Below are positions 21,293 through 28,796 of a stretch of DNA of 46,300 bases, piece after piece. The notes beneath the pieces are model-generated. The model saw nothing but the letters and a program-made list of their open reading frames with translations, had not been told where the DNA came from and did no database searches. The number at the start of each line of letters is the position of its first letter. Within the stretch, counting starts at the first letter, position 1. The DNA is from Zetaproteobacteria bacterium (lineage in GTDB: Bacteria > Bdellovibrionota_B > Oligoflexia > Oligoflexales > Bog-1112), in the NCBI GenBank assembly GCA_028817975.1, contig JAPPOJ010000070.1:1-46300 (forward strand), given 5' to 3'. Both the position numbers and the translations under genes were made by a program.

Positions 21293-22102
21293 TCAGACGT
21301 GTGGTACGTTGAGTTGCATTCCTACCTGAAGTAACTCAGGCCGCTCAATTTGGTTGTTGTGTTCTAAAAGTGCTTTCCACTGTGCGGCAGAGCCGAGCAA
21401 GGTTGCGGCAATGGAAGAAAGGCTGTCTCCTGCTTGGACTTCGTAAGTTTGTTGTGCCGGGTGGTGGTTGGCTTGTGAGTTTTCGGAAGCTTCTGGGGTG
21501 ACGGCTGCACCCGAATGATGCTGAGCTTGATAGCTTTTGGCAAACTCCTCTGCTTGTGCATTGATAATGGGTATCATAAGGGTGTCTCCTGCGTAGATCA
21601 GGTCAGGATTTGTAATTTTTCGGTTTGCACGGGCGATCTCTGGCCATTTGCTCATGTCACCGTATACTTGGATTGCTATCTTGGAAAGCCAATCACCGCG
21701 CTTGATGTGGTAGGTAAAACTTTCACCGCTATGATGAGTGCTGTCCTGTGCGACTTCTTCGCCTCCAGGTACGAGAGAGGCATCTCCACTTGCTGCTAGC
21801 TCCTCTGTATTGAAGCTTTCTGCTGGAATTAAGGCTTCTTCACCTGTGGCACTGTCGCCAATGAGGCCGTCTGCGGCGCTTGGATCGAGCACTTCAGAGC
21901 CTGCCAGAGAACCAAGTTCTTCTCCCCCTTCGTCATCTAATTCAGCAGGAGACTCTTCTTCGGAGAGCTCGATATCGTCCTCGAGGTCTTCATCTCCTCC
22001 GTCTCCGAAACAGCCGACTACGCTTACGGAGAGAAAGCCAATCATGAACAAGCGAAAGAGAGAGGTGAATAGCAAATTAAGTGGAGATGCGGTACGTTTC
22101 AT
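21293..22102 (-). CDS. Lipoprotein with an acidic disordered linker and two LysM domains (ORF open to the TTG at 22126)
   Basis: Signal plus lipobox LSVSVVGC. LysM repeats YHIKRGDWLSKIAIQVYGDMSKWPEIARAN...NPDLIYAGDTLMIP and YEVQAGDSLSSIAATLLGSAAQWKALLEHN...PELLQVGMQLNVP. Confidence 0.85.
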   Translation of the reverse strand: MKRTASPLNLLFTSLFRLFMIGFLSVSVVGCFGDGGDEDLEDDIELSEEESPAELDDEGGEELGSLAGSEVLDPSAADGLIGDSATGEEALIPAESFNTEELAASGDASLVPGGEEVAQDSTHHSGESFTYHIKRGDWLSKIAIQVYGDMSKWPEIARANRKITNPDLIYAGDTLMIPIINAQAEEFAKSYQAQHHSGAAVTPEASENSQANHHPAQQTYEVQAGDSLSSIAATLLGSAAQWKALLEHNNQIERPELLQVGMQLNVPHV

Positions 22103-22597
22103 AAGTTGCCCCTTTGATCTTTTCAAAATACGAACAGTTAAAAATAGCTCCCACTGCTGCGCGCAAACAGTCCGTGCTGAGTCTCATCCGCATGACTGGG
22201 CAACCTTTAACCCAGGTGCCGGACACACACGGTGTCGGTCAGAGCGATGAACTCTTTAGGGGTTTTTGAGTTTTATTTGGATAAAATTTATTGTCACAGC
22301 TCGGGTTGCCGCAATGCACTGATCTAAAAGAATTTTTTTGGAGAAGATTGATTTTTGTAAAGTGCATCATGGGCACAGGGATAAGTTGTTTTTGGTGGAT
22401 TTGTAGCCCGTGGGAAGCTGTAGCCAAGGATTTTTGTTTGACTCCGCAGCTTAGTAAAAAGGATTACTTTTTCCTTAGCCGCGATGCTTAACTAAAATCG
22501 CTCCTAGCGGCGACTTTCCTTAGAGGTGATAAATCCAACGATAACCACTTTCTTTACCTTTTTAAATGCAGCTCCTCAGTCATAAAATGTCTCTTTG

Positions 22598-23722
22598 CTA
22601 GCCTTTGGGCAACAAACCGGATGTCTGGCTTCCTAGGTGAAAGGTTTGTCCTTCTAGGCGCCCCCAATTCGATTCAAGCTTTTTGTCCTCAGTGATTTTA
22701 GATAGTAGCTTGAACGGGTTGTTTGTGCTTTTTTCAGCTTTACTCTGAATACCTCTGCGAATAAATTTATCCTCAATGCTTTCAAGAGCTTGTGCGGTGA
22801 CTACGGTCACGACAGTCCCTTTTTTCAATTGGTGTGGGCTGTTAATATGTCCATTTTGTCTCCATATATGCTTCCAATTACTACGACTGCCGTAAACTTG
22901 GACGGCAATATTCTGTAATGAAGTTGGCTCGGTGACGGCTACCTCGGTCTTGGCTAGGCCTTCATATTCTGCGGCAAATGCTAAGGATGCCTCTGTTAGC
23001 TGATAGTAAACGAGATCGCCTGGAAAGATTAGATTGGGGTTCTGAATTCCAGAAAGATCTGCTAACTTCTGCCACATCCCTGAAGAGCCATATATTTTGC
23101 GAGAAATACGCCCTAGAGTATCTCCAGAAACAACCACGTATACGAGCTTGGAGCCTAGTTCGGGAAGGCCTTCTCTTGCTGGCAATGCCGCATGTCCCGT
23201 GACAACGCCTCCTTGGCCGTAGCTCACTCCGTCTTGCGTAGGGCTGTCTTCGTTGCTCTCGAGGCCTGTTGTAGCCGTTTCTGTGGCTACTTCCTCAGTT
23301 GTCTGCTCGGCAAACCCTGCTAGGCCAGAGCCATCTTCAAGAGGCTGATTGTCCAAAAGATTACCTTCATTCTCCAACGGATTTTGGCTGAATTCGGAAG
23401 GATCGTTATCCAGACTATTGTTCTGAAAGGTGTCCTCTGTATTTAGTTGGTTTTGTCCTAGGTTGAGATCTCCTCCTTGTGCAAAGTCCTCTTGGTCAAT
23501 GAACTCTTGTCCATCAAACTGGCCCTCGTTTTCTTCTCCGTCTGTTGTGGAAAAGTTTCCCTCACTATCCCCTTCTGAGGGAGGAGAGTCGGTAGCTTCG
23601 AGGGCAAGTCCTTCGGACTCTTCTTCGCTCGAAGTAGCACATCCTCCTGAAAAAAGAGAGAAAGGGATGATCATGAGTGCCAGCCACACAGCAAGCATGC
23701 TGCGGGGGCGGTGGTTGAGCAT
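22598..23722 (-). CDS. Second lipoprotein with an acidic/Asn-Gln-rich disordered linker and two LysM domains; a paralogue of the neighbouring gene
   Basis: AAGGAGG Shine-Dalgarno 5 nt upstream of the ATG at 23722. Signal plus lipobox LMIIPFSLFSGGC. LysM repeats YVVVSGDTLGRISRKIYGSSGMWQKLADLSGIQNPNLIFPGDLVYY and a degenerate second copy LQNIAVQVYGSRSNWKHIWRQNGHINSPHQLKKGTVVTV. Confidence 0.85.
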   Translation of the reverse strand: MLNHRPRSMLAVWLALMIIPFSLFSGGCATSSEEESEGLALEATDSPPSEGDSEGNFSTTDGEENEGQFDGQEFIDQEDFAQGGDLNLGQNQLNTEDTFQNNSLDNDPSEFSQNPLENEGNLLDNQPLEDGSGLAGFAEQTTEEVATETATTGLESNEDSPTQDGVSYGQGGVVTGHAALPAREGLPELGSKLVYVVVSGDTLGRISRKIYGSSGMWQKLADLSGIQNPNLIFPGDLVYYQLTEASLAFAAEYEGLAKTEVAVTEPTSLQNIAVQVYGSRSNWKHIWRQNGHINSPHQLKKGTVVTVVTAQALESIEDKFIRRGIQSKAEKSTNNPFKLLSKITEDKKLESNWGRLEGQTFHLGSQTSGLLPKG

Positions 23723-23937
23723 AGGAACCTCCTTGTGTCTTGTGTAGAAGTAGAACGCGAAAAGCATCGTGTTCCATGGATAAAAGATAGAGAAATCCTC
23801 ACTGTAGGCTCGGAGAGAAGTCTCCATTACTTAACCTGCCTTTTTTTGCCTTTCTCGCACACAGTGGGGCTTTCCCAGAAAAGAATTTCTTGATCACGGG
23901 TGAGCGAAAGGGTGGTATGACAGCTTGAATATAAACA

Positions 23938-23965
23938 TTGACAAAATAAATATATGGAGTAATAT
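23938..23965 (+). promoter_or_regulatory. Sigma-70-type promoter for the rsmH-murD operon (TTGACA-16 nt-TAATAT)
   Basis: Read directly: TTGACA at 23938-23943 and TAATAT at 23960-23965. Confidence 0.6.
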
Positions 23966-23966
23966 G

Positions 23967-24023
23967 TTGTCTATGCAAAAAAGCCTACTTGCGTATTCAT
24001 TGTCTATATAAGTGGGTAGACAA
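23967..24023. promoter_or_regulatory. Operator-like repeat set in the rsmH leader: TTGTCTAT twice in direct orientation, plus an inverted TAGACAA
   Basis: TTGTCTAT at 23967-23974 and 24000-24007. TAGACAA at 24017-24023 forms a 7-bp inverted repeat with 24000-24006 (10-nt spacer). AAGTGRR also occurs at 24010, 24023 and 24051. Confidence 0.4.
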
Positions 24024-24052
24024 AGTGAGTACCTGAGCATCCACACAAGAAA

Positions 24053-25045
24053 GTGAAAATTGTTTTAATGTTCCATCATCTAAGTGTCTTACTTACAGAA
24101 TCTGTGGCTGGTTTGAATATACAGCCTGGTCAAACAGTTGTGGATTGTACTGCAGGTGGAGGAGGGCATACTCAAAGGCTTTTAGAGCAGGTTGGAGAGC
24201 AGGGGCTTGTGGTAGCTGTGGATCAGGATGCTTATGCTATTGCCCATCTCCAGAATAGGTTTGCCCTGCAAATAGAACAAGGCAATCTAGTACTGCACCA
24301 TGGAGCCTTTTCGGAGGTGGGGACACCCACTTTTCCGGTTTCTTCAGCTCATGGCATGCTTGCTGATTTGGGTGTTTCCTCCCCTCAGTTAGACACAGCG
24401 GCCCGAGGTTTTTCTTTCTTGCGGGAAGGCCCTTTAGACATGCGTATGTCTCCTGAAAAAGGGGGCGAAACGGCCGCCCAAATTCTAGCTCAAGCTAGTC
24501 AGGCAGAGTTGGCTCAGATTTTTCGTGAGTTTGGAGAAGAACCAAAAGCCCATATTTTGGCACGCTTGATTGTAGCTGAGCGAGATGAGCGCCCTTTCCA
24601 AACGACAACTCAGCTGGCTGCATTTATTGAGCAGAATATCCGTTATAAAACAAAAAGTCGTACGCACCCTGCAACACGCGCCTTTCAGGCCTTGAGAATT
24701 GCGGTCAATCGTGAGCTTGAGGTGGTTGAGCAACTTTTGGACCGTGCGGTGGACTTTTTGGCTCCTTCGGGCCGCCTCGCTGTGATTACCTTCCACTCTT
24801 TGGAAGATCGTATTGTGAAAAAGAAGATGCGTGCTTGGATGGGCAAGGATGACCGTGCAACGGGTACAGCCCGTGAAGTGATGAGATTGCCCCTTACGGA
24901 CAGCCAGCTCCAGCTCATTCAAACAAACATCCGTGGGCAAGCGTTGCGCCCTTTTCCGACCAAACCTACAGAGGAAGAGTGCAGGGTAAATCCCCGGGCA
25001 AGGAGCGCTAAACTGCGTATTTTTCAAAAAGCGGATGTGTCATAG
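24053..25045 (+). CDS. rsmH: 16S rRNA (cytosine1402-N4)-methyltransferase RsmH/MraW (the start may be the ATG at 24068)
   Basis: Motifs HLSVLLTES, VDCTAGGGGHT, ADLGVSSPQLD, FSFLREGPLDMRM, ITFHSLEDRIVK, NPRARSAKLR. Confidence 0.95.
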   Translation: MKIVLMFHHLSVLLTESVAGLNIQPGQTVVDCTAGGGGHTQRLLEQVGEQGLVVAVDQDAYAIAHLQNRFALQIEQGNLVLHHGAFSEVGTPTFPVSSAHGMLADLGVSSPQLDTAARGFSFLREGPLDMRMSPEKGGETAAQILAQASQAELAQIFREFGEEPKAHILARLIVAERDERPFQTTTQLAAFIEQNIRYKTKSRTHPATRAFQALRIAVNRELEVVEQLLDRAVDFLAPSGRLAVITFHSLEDRIVKKKMRAWMGKDDRATGTAREVMRLPLTDSQLQLIQTNIRGQALRPFPTKPTEEECRVNPRARSAKLRIFQKADVS

Positions 25046-25202
25046 GGTGCCGGCAACTTACCCCTGACCCCTGTGGGCTCGCCGTGAACTCTATAGGACT
25101 TTCTAAGAGGTGCGGCAGATTTTGCTCTACCGTAAAACTCTCGGTGGTCTGAGGCATTGATATGATCGACATGGGTATGGCACTTCTTCGGGGGGCTCGT
25201 GC

Positions 25203-25451
25203 ATGCGTTTTGTTTATCAGAGCCTATTTTTTGCTTTGCTGTTCTCGCTTACTTATGCGAGCTTTCAACTGCATGCCCGTATGCAGCTGACTTTTTTGGG
25301 TTATGCAATAGGTCAACTGAAGCTGGAGGAAGCTGACCTGCTTAAGCAGCGCAGCATTCTTAAAATGGAGGCTGCTCGCTTAAGTCAAAAGGAAGCGCTG
25401 TTACGCAGAATTGCTCAGGGAGTACACGCGGCGGGAGAGAGCTTTCGATGA
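25203..25451 (+). CDS. ftsL: Cell division protein FtsL-like (one TM segment plus a short coiled coil)
   Basis: 82 aa. TM segment LFFALLFSLTYASF followed by a heptad-like LKLEEADLLKQRSILKMEAARL. ATGA overlap with ftsI (25448-25451). Canonical position between rsmH and ftsI. Confidence 0.7.
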   Translation: MRFVYQSLFFALLFSLTYASFQLHARMQLTFLGYAIGQLKLEEADLLKQRSILKMEAARLSQKEALLRRIAQGVHAAGESFR

Positions 25452-27172
25452 AACAGGTTTCACCCGTGCTTGGCCCAAGCCGTATTGTGCAGTGGAGCTT
25501 TTTAGCTTGCTTTGTTGGTGTCTTGTTGCGAGCCACTTGGCTTCACATGACGCCTATTTCTCATCAAAAGCTTGAATGGCTCTCTGACAATCAATATGTG
25601 GCTCAGGTGCAGATTCCGCCTTATCGAGGGCAGATACGTGATCGTCGTAGTTTCCCCCTTGCGTTGAGTGTGCGTACGCACTCTATTGCGGTCAATCCTC
25701 GTGTTTTTGCTCCTTCTTCCGAGCAACGTGAGCAGCTGGCGCGACTTCTTGAACTAAAGTCCCAGAAATTGCGCCAAATTCAAAGACACAAAAGCTATTT
25801 TAAATGGTTAAAGCGCCGCTGTACTCCAGAGGAGGTCCGCCGAGTGCGCCAGCTTGGGTTGAAGGGGGTTCATTTTGTAGCTGAGCCAAGTCGCTACTAT
25901 CCCTTGGGAAAGGCTGCGGCCCAGCTGGTAGGATTTGTAGGGGTAGACCAGAAAGGTTTGCTTGGGTTGGAATACCAACTAGAACAAAAGCTTGCAGGCC
26001 GTGCGGCACGACTTTTGCAACTGCGTGATGCCCGTGGCAGACAAATTCTCTTGAAGCCGAGTTCGGCAGCGCCGGAAGTTTCTGGAGACTCCGTTATTTT
26101 AACTATCGACCAAGTGTTGCAAAAAATATCTTATCGTGCTCTTTCGGAAGGGGTACGTTCCGCTCAGGCTAAGCGTGGTTTCGCACTTACTTTAGACCCT
26201 CATACAGGTCAAATTTTGGCGATGGTGGGTGTGCCTGCCTTCGATCCACAAAATTCACAAACGATAACTGCTTATAATCAAGCAAATATGGCTGCGACCT
26301 ACCGATTTGAGCCTGGGTCGACGGTAAAACCGATCGTAGTTGCGGCTGCTCTGGAACGTCATCGAGTCGTTCGGCACCAGATGCTAGAGTGTGGGGACAA
26401 AGGGCGTTACCTGGTGCATCCTCCGCGTCAATATATTCATGATGACCATCCGTACGAGCAGCTTTCTGTTGAAGAAGTGCTGCACAAGTCGAGCAACATT
26501 TGCACGTACAAGATCGCCCAGGAGCTTGGCAAGGAGCATTTGTATCAGGCTTATTTGAGCTATGGCTTGGGGGGAGGCGGTCATGAAGTGGAAGGTACTG
26601 GAATGGTGAAGGGCGCATTGCGGCGTTGGGAAGATTGGAAGCCTCTCCAATTTGCTACCATTTCTTTTGGACAAGGTTTCATGACCACCGGGTTAGAGAT
26701 GGTGACTGCATACGCCGTGTTTGCGAATGGGGGGAGGCGTGTGGAGCCGTATTTGTTGAGTCGGGTAGAGTCGGCAACAGGAAAAATTTTGAAAGAGAAT
26801 CGTCCGCGCTTAGGAAAGCGTTTGTTGTCTCATGAAAATGCCCGCAGTATGCGTGAGATTTTGCAAGGGGCTGTCGAGCATGGTACGGGTGGCCAAGCGC
26901 GTTCTTTGCGTTATACGACGGCTGGGAAGACGGGCACAGCGGAAATCTTTGATTTGGAGAAAGGCCGTTATAGTAAACAGAGGCGCAACGCTAGCTTTAT
27001 TGGCCTTGGCCCTGTGTCAGAGCCCCATTTGGTGGTATTTGTCTTGATCGAAGAACCTCGCCGTAAGCCTTACTATGGAGGTAGGTGGGCTGCTCCGGTG
27101 TTTCGGCGTATTGTGGAAGAGAGCCTGGATTACTTGCACGTGAAGCCAGATCGGCGATCTCTCACGATATAA
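25448..27172 (+). CDS. ftsI: Peptidoglycan D,D-transpeptidase FtsI (class B PBP, PBP3)
   Basis: N-terminal TM anchor. SxxK in GSTVKP, SxN in HKSSNI, KTG in GKTGTA. Confidence 0.93.
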   Translation: MKQVSPVLGPSRIVQWSFLACFVGVLLRATWLHMTPISHQKLEWLSDNQYVAQVQIPPYRGQIRDRRSFPLALSVRTHSIAVNPRVFAPSSEQREQLARLLELKSQKLRQIQRHKSYFKWLKRRCTPEEVRRVRQLGLKGVHFVAEPSRYYPLGKAAAQLVGFVGVDQKGLLGLEYQLEQKLAGRAARLLQLRDARGRQILLKPSSAAPEVSGDSVILTIDQVLQKISYRALSEGVRSAQAKRGFALTLDPHTGQILAMVGVPAFDPQNSQTITAYNQANMAATYRFEPGSTVKPIVVAAALERHRVVRHQMLECGDKGRYLVHPPRQYIHDDHPYEQLSVEEVLHKSSNICTYKIAQELGKEHLYQAYLSYGLGGGGHEVEGTGMVKGALRRWEDWKPLQFATISFGQGFMTTGLEMVTAYAVFANGGRRVEPYLLSRVESATGKILKENRPRLGKRLLSHENARSMREILQGAVEHGTGGQARSLRYTTAGKTGTAEIFDLEKGRYSKQRRNASFIGLGPVSEPHLVVFVLIEEPRRKPYYGGRWAAPVFRRIVEESLDYLHVKPDRRSLTI

Positions 27173-27188
27173 GCTCTTGTTGCCCCTA

Positions 27189-27216
27189 TTGATATCTTCT
27201 TCAATAGTCGTATAAT
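27189..27216 (+). promoter_or_regulatory. Candidate internal promoter upstream of murE (TTGATA-16 nt-TATAAT), overlapped by the inverted repeat CTATTGA-N8-TCAATAG (27186-27207)
   Basis: Read directly in the 103-bp ftsI-murE spacer. Confidence 0.5.
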
Positions 27217-27275
27217 GGGGCGTTTTTGAGCGTTGATTCTGTATTAACTCTAAGTAAAGTAGGAACGAGGTCACT

Positions 27276-28796
27276 GTGAAGGGCGTCCCCCAAGTAAATT
27301 TGGCTGAGTTGGATGCGGTCCTTACCCGTGCAGGACTCCTGGTGCAAAAACATGCTTATGAAAGTTTGCCTAAAAAAAAGGCAAATTTAGTGACTCGGCT
27401 GGATGCCTCTCTTAAAAATGCAGTGGTGTTGCTGTATGCTGGAACTCATTTTGACCCTCATACTCAGGTAGCGATGGTATTGCAGCAGCGCCCGGCATGC
27501 TTGGTGGTTGAACAGCGGGAAGCCTATGATGTGGTGTGTGAGGCTGGAATACCTGCTTTTCTGGTGTCCAATGCACGCCGCGCGTGGTCTTTTTTGTCCG
27601 CCCATGCGTATGGTGACCCTCAGCAGCACCTACAAATATATGGAATCACAGGTACGAATGGCAAAACCTCGACAGCGTGGATGATGGCTGAGTTGCTTAA
27701 GGACTTCGCTGCTCCGTTGTACATTGGCACCATTGGAGTTTGGTGGCAAGGTGAATGTCTTCAAGCCACTTTGCATACGACTCCAGACCCTCCGGAGCTT
27801 TTTTGCCTGCTTTTTGAGCACTTGCAGCGGGGAGGTAAAACGGTTTGTGTGGAAGTGTCTAGCCATGCCATTGTGCAGGAGAAGCTGGCGCCTCTCGGAT
27901 TTGCTGGGCTTGCATGGACGAGTTTTTCCCAAGATCACCTTGATTTCCATGGGGATATGCATTCTTATTGGCAAGCCAAATGGAGGGTGTTTCGGCAGCA
28001 GCTCTCTCCACAGGGAATAGCGGTATGTCAGTTTCCGGCAGTGGACTATAAGGACTTACAAAGCTTGCGTTGCATACGTAAAGTTCACTTTGGCTTACGC
28101 ACTCCTGAAAACGCTCGCGCAAAAGAGGGTTTTACTTCATTGCGCTTGCAGGATAGAGTTTTGTATTTTGCAGAGCAGCAGCAGAGAGTACAGTTAAAGG
28201 TTCCTTTTGAGGGAGACTATAATGCAGAAAACTTTTTTTGTGCTTGGCAGCTTGCAAAGGCGGCTCTGGCGTTCCGAGGTATGCAAGAGCTTCCCGAACA
28301 AGTCAGCTTTGCGCAAATTCCGGGACGCTTTGAAGTTATTGCAAAAAAGCCTTTCACCGTTGTTGATTTTGCCCATACTCCGGATGCTTTAGCTCGTGTG
28401 CTTGATCTGGCGCGACAACATGTTGAAGGAATCTTATGGGTGGTTTTTGGGTGTGGAGGAAATCGCGATCGTGGCAAACGCGCCCAAATGGGTGCGATTG
28501 CCGAGAAAAAAGCCGATGCTATTTGTTTGACCTCCGATAACCCACGAGATGAAGCCCCTGAAAACATTGTTGCGGATATTTTGCTTGGAGTAACAAATCC
28601 AGTTAAAGTGGAGGTTATCGTCGATCGTCGTCAGGCGATTGCGAAAACGATTGCTCAATTGCGGCCTCAAGATGGGGTGGTACTCGCGGGCAAGGGTCAC
28701 GAAAATACGCAGCGGATTGGTACGCAGGCTTACTTTTTGGATGATCGTGGGGAAGCCCGAGCAGCTCTAGATAAACAGAGGACAAAAAATGCTTAA
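27276..28796 (+). CDS. murE: UDP-N-acetylmuramoyl-L-alanyl-D-glutamate--2,6-diaminopimelate ligase
   Basis: GITGTNGKTST P-loop. DNPR motif (TSDNPRDE) characteristic of meso-DAP-adding enzymes. Confidence 0.93.
   Translation: MKGVPQVNLAELDAVLTRAGLLVQKHAYESLPKKKANLVTRLDASLKNAVVLLYAGTHFDPHTQVAMVLQQRPACLVVEQREAYDVVCEAGIPAFLVSNARRAWSFLSAHAYGDPQQHLQIYGITGTNGKTSTAWMMAELLKDFAAPLYIGTIGVWWQGECLQATLHTTPDPPELFCLLFEHLQRGGKTVCVEVSSHAIVQEKLAPLGFAGLAWTSFSQDHLDFHGDMHSYWQAKWRVFRQQLSPQGIAVCQFPAVDYKDLQSLRCIRKVHFGLRTPENARAKEGFTSLRLQDRVLYFAEQQQRVQLKVPFEGDYNAENFFCAWQLAKAALAFRGMQELPEQVSFAQIPGRFEVIAKKPFTVVDFAHTPDALARVLDLARQHVEGILWVVFGCGGNRDRGKRAQMGAIAEKKADAICLTSDNPRDEAPENIVADILLGVTNPVKVEVIVDRRQAIAKTIAQLRPQDGVVLAGKGHENTQRIGTQAYFLDDRGEARAALDKQRTKNA

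Noticed and set aside
21738-22250. 170-aa + strand Ser/Pro-rich ORF
   Set aside because: It is the antisense shadow of the Asp/Glu-rich linker of the minus-strand LysM lipoprotein. The LysM motifs and lipobox identify the minus strand as coding.
24485-25027. 180-aa minus-strand ORF antisense to rsmH, with similar long antisense ORFs at 41045..41545 (atpD), 31832..32287 (murD), 26187..26618 (ftsI) and 3699..4142 (gyrA start)
   Set aside because: All are nested in genes with unambiguous catalytic motifs on the + strand. None has motifs or a plausible ribosome-binding site.
25162-25290. 42-codon ORF (MIDMGMALLRGARAC...) overlapping the ftsL start in another frame
   Set aside because: It is Cys-rich with no Shine-Dalgarno. 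The ftsL frame gives the expected TM plus coiled-coil protein and is coupled to ftsI by an ATGA overlap.
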